Positions 59,221 to 64,000 of a DNA stretch of 64,000 nucleotides are shown here, in pieces. The notes below the pieces were generated by a model that had not been told where the DNA came from, made no database searches, and worked only from the letters and a program-made list of their open reading frames with translations. Source of the DNA: an uncultured Candidatus Actinomarina sp. (GTDB lineage Bacteria; Actinomycetota; Acidimicrobiia; Actinomarinales; Actinomarinaceae); NCBI GenBank assembly GCA_902622665.1, contig CACNQV010000004.1, positions 5,142 through 69,141 on the forward strand. Reading direction: 5' to 3'. The position numbers and the translations under genes are program-made. How positions within the stretch are numbered: position 1 is the stretch's first letter; each line of letters begins with the position of its first letter.

Positions 59221-60740
59221 GTTTTATTTATATAGTTGTAATTTCATTACTTACATTGAGTTCTTGTATCAATTCCATAAGGTGGGAAAGAATTGCACAA
59301 AGAGAGCACTACATTTCTGGATATGTTACGAAATTTTACTTTAGGTGGGTTAGGTTAGTCCCATTTAACAATATATATTTTTTTATTGCTTTTGTTTTAG
59401 CATTCTTAAGCCTTTGGTCACCTTATCCAGCAATTGTTTTATCAATTGTCACAATACTTACACCAACTGGTTTGGGTTATAAATATCGAACATCAAAAGT
59501 GCAAACAACTGAAAGGCTGATGAGGTTGAATATAACTTATTATTTATTGATTGTTGTAATTTCTTCTATTTCTCTTTTTATAGGTTATGGCTATTTTCTT
59601 GCATTGCTTGTTAATTTATTTTCATTTTATATTTACGATCAAGCACTAAGATTTACAAAAAGTTTTGAAAAAAATTCATCACAAAAATATATTGATTCAG
59701 CCGAAAAAGCATTAAAAATATTTAAAGGACCGATTATTGCAATTACTGGATCATATTCAAAAACAACTACTAAAAATGTCTTATCTCAAATACTTTCACA
59801 ACATAATAAAACTTTTGCCACTCCAGAAAGTTTTAACAATCGATTGGGCATTGCTAAAGCTGTAAATGAAAATTTAAAAAATGAGGATGAATTTGCAATT
59901 ATTGAAATGGGCACTTATGGATTTGGAGAAATACGAGAGATGTGTTCATGGGTAAGGCCTCATATATCCGTCATCACTGGAATCGCCCCCGTTCACTTAG
60001 AAAGAATGAAAACTTTAGAAAATATACTTGATGCAAAATCTGAAATAGTTGACTTAACTGGTTCCGTGATAATTAATGGTGACGATCCTCTTCTTCTTAG
60101 TCAAGCTAGATTGTGGACTGCACAAAAAATGGTAATTGACTGCTCAACCACTTACGAGAGAGCAGCAGTATATGTTGACTACAAAAATGAAAAACATCAA
60201 ATTTTTATTGGAGGTGATTACATAGGAGAAGTATCTGGTCCAAAAATATTACAATTGTCTATTTCATTATCAGTTGGCGTCATGGTTGCACTTGAGATGG
60301 ATGTGAAATCTTATATTCAAAATATAAATACTTTAGAAAAGACTGATCATAGACAGTCAATCTTAAAAGGAAATATGGGACAAACAATTATTGATAATTC
60401 TTTTAATTCAAACCCAATATCCTGTATTGCTTCACTTGATACACTTCAGAATATCGAAACCGATGGAGTGAAATACCTCATTACTCCGGGAATGGTTGAG
60501 TTGGGCTCTGAACAGTTTAGTTATAATTATGAGTTTGCTTACAATGCAAGTGAAGTCATAGACGAAGCTTTGGTTGTTGGCTTTACAAATAAAGGTCCTC
60601 TAATGCTTGCATTTGAGGACAATGATATTCCGGTAAAATATTTTAAGAATAGAGATTTAGCTGTTTCTTATCTAAACTCTGTTGTGAATGAAAATGATGT
60701 TGTATTATTTGAAAACGATTTACCAGACCATCATCCTTAA
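59217..60740 (+). CDS. MurF-like Mur ligase with N-terminal polytopic membrane domain
   Basis: Residues 1 to about 140 form 4-5 hydrophobic helices. From about residue 170 there is a MurF-type central and C-terminal domain: IAITGSYSKTTTK P-loop, NNRLGIA, IIEMGTYGFGEI, ITGIAPVHLE, IIDNSFNSNP, ITPGMVELG. ATGA overlap with the hydrolase gene. Confidence 0.7.
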   Translation: MSFIYIVVISLLTLSSCINSIRWERIAQREHYISGYVTKFYFRWVRLVPFNNIYFFIAFVLAFLSLWSPYPAIVLSIVTILTPTGLGYKYRTSKVQTTERLMRLNITYYLLIVVISSISLFIGYGYFLALLVNLFSFYIYDQALRFTKSFEKNSSQKYIDSAEKALKIFKGPIIAITGSYSKTTTKNVLSQILSQHNKTFATPESFNNRLGIAKAVNENLKNEDEFAIIEMGTYGFGEIREMCSWVRPHISVITGIAPVHLERMKTLENILDAKSEIVDLTGSVIINGDDPLLLSQARLWTAQKMVIDCSTTYERAAVYVDYKNEKHQIFIGGDYIGEVSGPKILQLSISLSVGVMVALEMDVKSYIQNINTLEKTDHRQSILKGNMGQTIIDNSFNSNPISCIASLDTLQNIETDGVKYLITPGMVELGSEQFSYNYEFAYNASEVIDEALVVGFTNKGPLMLAFEDNDIPVKYFKNRDLAVSYLNSVVNENDVVLFENDLPDHHP

Positions 60741-60743
60741 ACC

Positions 60744-61826
60744 ATGACTGAATCAATAGCTGTAATATTTGGTGGTCCTTCTGACGAGCATGATATATCT
60801 ATATTGACTGGTTTGCAGTCTTCAAGAATTTTATCCAGTAAATATGATGTTCTTAATATTTATTGGTCAAAAGAAAATAAATGGTATTTAGTTAAAAATG
60901 ACCTTGAGTCAGTAGATTTCGTTGATAATAGCGACATTTTTAAGAATGAATTAACAATAAAGTATGACTCTAAGTCAGGTTTCTACTTAAAAAAGAAGCA
61001 AATTACATTTAAAATTGCAGTGAATGCTTGCCATGGAGGTCCAGGAGAAGATGGAACTCTTCAGAGTTTACTTAGTTTATTAAAAATTAATTACACAGGA
61101 CCCACATTAACTACTTCACAAATAGGAATGGATAAGTTTGTTTTTTATACCTTAATGAAAGAAAGTGGAATACCTGTTTTAGATAAACATTTAGTAAGCA
61201 TAAATTCTGAGCCTGATTTTTCTGGACCTTATATTTTAAAACCAAGATTTGGAGGTTCTTCAATTGGGGTAGAGATTGTTGAGGACTATGAAACAGCTTT
61301 AAAACTTACTAGTAATTCTAGAATTTATAGTCAAGGATCAACAGTAGAGAAATTCCTTGAAAGTTCTCATGATTTACTTATTGGAATTAGAACTTACCCA
61401 AACTTAGATTTTTCAGAAATTGAAAAACCAATCAGAACAAGTAATTTTGAGTTATTTTCTTACAATGATAAATATCTTGACAATGGTGGATTAGAGGGAT
61501 CAAAAAGAGAACTACCCGCAAATATTAGCCCAGAAATTCAAACTCAAATTCAAGAGATACTTAAATTATTTGTTAAGCAAATTGAAATAAGAGGAATTTC
61601 AAGAGTAGATTTTTTGTATCACAATGAAAGTTTATATTTAAACGAAGTTAATACAATTCCTGGAAGTCATGCATTATATCTTTGGCAAAATATTGGAAAA
61701 AGTAAATTTGAACTTTTAAATGACATGGTAGAAGAGGCCAAAAATAATAATACTCATTGGAGTACAGTTGGTTCTGATGGGGTAGCTCTTAAAAGTGCTA
61801 AAGATATTCAAAGCAAATTAGGTTAA
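60744..61826 (+). CDS. ddl: D-alanine--D-alanine ligase
   Basis: IAVIFGGPSDEHDISILTG, CHGGPGEDGTLQSLL, GGSSIGV and RVDFLY...LNEVNTIPG. Confidence 0.88.
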   Translation: MTESIAVIFGGPSDEHDISILTGLQSSRILSSKYDVLNIYWSKENKWYLVKNDLESVDFVDNSDIFKNELTIKYDSKSGFYLKKKQITFKIAVNACHGGPGEDGTLQSLLSLLKINYTGPTLTTSQIGMDKFVFYTLMKESGIPVLDKHLVSINSEPDFSGPYILKPRFGGSSIGVEIVEDYETALKLTSNSRIYSQGSTVEKFLESSHDLLIGIRTYPNLDFSEIEKPIRTSNFELFSYNDKYLDNGGLEGSKRELPANISPEIQTQIQEILKLFVKQIEIRGISRVDFLYHNESLYLNEVNTIPGSHALYLWQNIGKSKFELLNDMVEEAKNNNTHWSTVGSDGVALKSAKDIQSKLG

Positions 61827-61833
61827 ATAATTT

Positions 61834-62469
61834 ATGGTTGGCATTTATTGGGACTGCGACGGAACCCTAATGGATACTGAAACATCGTATGGTTTAGCAT
61901 GGAAAGAACACCTCAGTAATTTTGGACTTGAGATATCTGAAGAGGAAACAAGACAATGGGTAGGTATTGATGATAGATTGGTACACAGTTTTTATTCGAA
62001 GATTGTTGATTTAGAAAATTTTGACAAAACTATGGCATCTCTTGGAAAAATTATAGAGACCACCTTGAACGAGCAACTTTTGTTTCAAGATGCGAAAACA
62101 TTACTAGAGGAGTCTGACAAGAGAGGATGGACTTCTGCGTGTGTTTCAGCAAGTCCTTATGAATTATTAAAAAATAAATTACTAAAGGCAAATATTTATG
62201 AATATTTTTCATACGTTATAGGGGGCGATTTAGTTAAAAGAAATAAACCATATCCAGATATATATAATAAAGCAATTAGCGAACTTCAAACTACAAAGAA
62301 TATAGTCATTGAAGACAGCCCTCCTGGTATTTCATCTGGAAAGGCATCGGGTTCTTTTGTAGTCGCAATTGATAGAGGAATATTTTCAAAAAATGAATTA
62401 AACAAAGCAGACTTAGTAATTGATAAATTATCAATTGATGTTCTTGAAAAAGTTTTGAACAGCCTTTAA
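61834..62469 (+). CDS. HAD-superfamily hydrolase (beta-phosphoglucomutase-like subfamily IA)
   Basis: Motif I WDCDGTLMDTE, KRNKPYPDIY and IEDSPPGISSGKASG. Confidence 0.78.
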   Translation: MVGIYWDCDGTLMDTETSYGLAWKEHLSNFGLEISEEETRQWVGIDDRLVHSFYSKIVDLENFDKTMASLGKIIETTLNEQLLFQDAKTLLEESDKRGWTSACVSASPYELLKNKLLKANIYEYFSYVIGGDLVKRNKPYPDIYNKAISELQTTKNIVIEDSPPGISSGKASGSFVVAIDRGIFSKNELNKADLVIDKLSIDVLEKVLNSL

Positions 62470-62522
62470 ACATTGATGAAAATCAAAATAAATTACAAAA
62501 CTGACTTAGGCGCAAAAATAGA

Positions 62523-62945
62523 CTAAGATAAATTTAATATCAAAACTGGTATTTTTCGTTCTGTTCTTTTCTGATAATTGGAGTATCCTCCTTTATTCAT
62601 ATAATCCATTTTTGACCACCAATCTTCTCGTTCTTCATTGAATATTTCTTTTGCAACTGCCGTGTATTTATTTTTTCCAATTTGAATTTCACAGTTTGGA
62701 TTAGCTTTTAAATTATGATACCAACCTGGATTTGTAGGACTTCCACCTTTTGATGCCACCAGGCAGATCTCATCGCCTTCTTTCATGAATACAAGTACAT
62801 TTTTTCTTAACAAATTGGTTTTTGCACCAGTTGAGAAAAGAATTAAACAAGGCCTACCTTGTAGAAATTTCCCTATTCTTCCATTTGAGTAGATATAAAT
62901 ATAATTATGAAAAAACAAAAAAATAAAAATTAAATATCTTCTCAT
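62523..62945 (-). CDS. deazaflavin (F420)-dependent nitroreductase/quinone-reductase family protein (DDN/DUF385-like), membrane-anchored
   Basis: LFSTGAKTNLLRKNVL, VASKGGSPTNPGWYHNLKANP, EREDWW and YQKRTERKIPVLIL follow the Ddn family pattern. The N-terminal hydrophobic segment is YLIFIFLFF. I placed the start at ATG 62945 (ATGA overlap with the photolyase stop); an in-frame ATG at 62972 is also possible. Confidence 0.75.
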   Translation of the reverse strand: MRRYLIFIFLFFHNYIYIYSNGRIGKFLQGRPCLILFSTGAKTNLLRKNVLVFMKEGDEICLVASKGGSPTNPGWYHNLKANPNCEIQIGKNKYTAVAKEIFNEEREDWWSKMDYMNKGGYSNYQKRTERKIPVLILNLS

Positions 62946-64000
62946 AAACTTAACTTTATCTTTTTTCTCCACGAACTAAAACTTGTAGGATAAAAATTAA
63001 TTGGTTCTGCAAGTCTTAATGCTGGAAATTCAACTGTTGGAATATTTTGTTTTGTGATTTTTTTGTATTTTGGTACTGGTGCAAATGTAGATGCAAAATT
63101 TTTATTTTGTAAATAGTCTTCAGGATTAGCTAAATAAACCTGTAATTCTCTTTTGCTATTTATTTCTTTTAGACAGTCAATTAAAAAATTTAATCTTTTA
63201 GTCGATAATTGCAATTTATTTAATAATTCCTTATCAAAAATAAAAATTACGGGAAGTTCATAATAATAACTCATAGCTGGATCACTGTCACCAATTGATT
63301 CACCAGTAATCCACACAAATGATGGAGGAGTGCTGTTGTTTTCTTTTATTTCTTTTGGACCAAATACTTTTTGTTCGTCTACTTTAAAATCATGATCTAT
63401 TCTTCCAGAAATATTAGTATCAGGCCAATCTTGTATTGGGCAGTTATATTTCAATTCACAACTATTACATAACTGGGGCCCTCTCTTTTCAACTTGAAAT
63501 TTAGAAAATCCATATGGCTTTCCCGTTTGAGATCCCATTACCCAATGCCAACCTAATCTGTTTGCAAAACGTGAACCATCAATCAAATGTTGAAACATAT
63601 AATCTTCATATTTATTCCAATCATTACCAACTCTTAAAGAATTATGAGATGCAAACCACATTCGCGTTTGATTAACCATGTAACCTGTTTTTTCTAGTTC
63701 ATTTTCGATTGAAGTTATACAATTCATATTTTTATAATTATCCGTATTCGAATTAGGTTTTTCTATTTTGTAGTTGAGAAATTTTTTTGATTTTTTACCA
63801 ACTATTGCGTACAAATGTCTTGAAAACTCCTGCCAAAGTAGTTCATCTTGGAATTTAGTTCTATCCTTATATTCAAATTTCTCAACTGCTCGCCATACTT
63901 CAGAAAGACTTAGTAAACCGTGTCGTATATAAGGTGATAGATAAGATGAACCCCTTGAATTTGCAGGATATACATTATTTCGTTTTGTAGCGTATTTGTT
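62942..64000 (-). CDS. photolyase/cryptochrome-superfamily protein (5' end outside window)
   Basis: I translated the minus frame by hand past the track's TTG start. It stays open to nt 64000 and reads ...SRGSSYLSPYIRHGLLSLSEVWRAV...FQDELLWQEFSRH..., continuing into TGYMVNQTRMWFASHN, NDWNKYEDYMFQHLIDGSRFANRLGWHWVMG. These are FAD-binding-domain motifs of photolyases. Next come CNSCELKYNCP and a 170-aa alpha/beta-like C-terminal domain. Confidence 0.8.
   Translation of the reverse strand, partial: NKYATKRNNVYPANSRGSSYLSPYIRHGLLSLSEVWRAVEKFEYKDRTKFQDELLWQEFSRHLYAIVGKKSKKFLNYKIEKPNSNTDNYKNMNCITSIENELEKTGYMVNQTRMWFASHNSLRVGNDWNKYEDYMFQHLIDGSRFANRLGWHWVMGSQTGKPYGFSKFQVEKRGPQLCNSCELKYNCPIQDWPDTNISGRIDHDFKVDEQKVFGPKEIKENNSTPPSFVWITGESIGDSDPAMSYYYELPVIFIFDKELLNKLQLSTKRLNFLIDCLKEINSKRELQVYLANPEDYLQNKNFASTFAPVPKYKKITKQNIPTVEFPALRLAEPINFYPTSFSSWRKKIKLSL

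Overview
The window is an AT-rich, very gene-dense chromosomal segment of about 70 genes. Many genes are joined by 1-13 nt overlaps such as ATGA, TAATG and GTGA, and convergent genes often overlap at their 3' ends. I found no rRNA, CRISPR array, transposase, integrase or obvious prophage. Most of the content is housekeeping: murA, ligA, mnmA, dapDE, gatCAB, ilvE, gltX plus a tRNA-Glu/Gln/Glu cluster, pyk, folD, ychF, dtd, gdhA, ddl. Other content includes a maltodextrin uptake and processing locus (malQ, GH13, malEFG), a large fatty-acid/acyl-CoA catabolic neighbourhood, ino1, gabT and several F420-linked genes. Several traits point to a genome-streamlined, low-GC marine actinobacterium (Acidimicrobiia/Actinomarinales-like). 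These traits are MurA with Asp at the catalytic Cys position, myo-inositol-1-phosphate synthase, cofC/fbiD plus F420-type enzymes, gltX followed by tRNA-Gln/tRNA-Glu, an ABC sugar operon without its own ATPase, and -10 boxes abutting start codons. This taxonomic call is an inference. Five places deserve a second look. (1) An orphan, translationally coupled minus-strand cassette at 52164-53242: a Cys/His micro-ORF, a 173-aa unknown and a Rad52/Sak-like annealing protein, lying 2 kb from a Cas4-like Fe-S PD-(D/E)XK nuclease. (2) A MurF-like ligase whose N-terminal substrate-binding domain appears replaced by 4-5 transmembrane helices, in a tight operon with ddl, an alpha/beta hydrolase, a HAD phosphatase and a small membrane protein. 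(3) A photolyase-family gene, cut by the window edge, with a 4-Cys Fe-S-type motif and an alpha/beta photolyase-like domain placed C-terminal to the FAD domain; it is translationally coupled to a membrane-anchored deazaflavin (F420) reductase-family gene. (4) A divergent kinase + acyl-CoA dehydrogenase pair that looks like a split ACAD10/11. (5) A maltodextrin-binding lipoprotein whose amino-acid composition is a sharp outlier. All functional calls come from reading the translated ORFs and recalling family motifs; no database search was possible.
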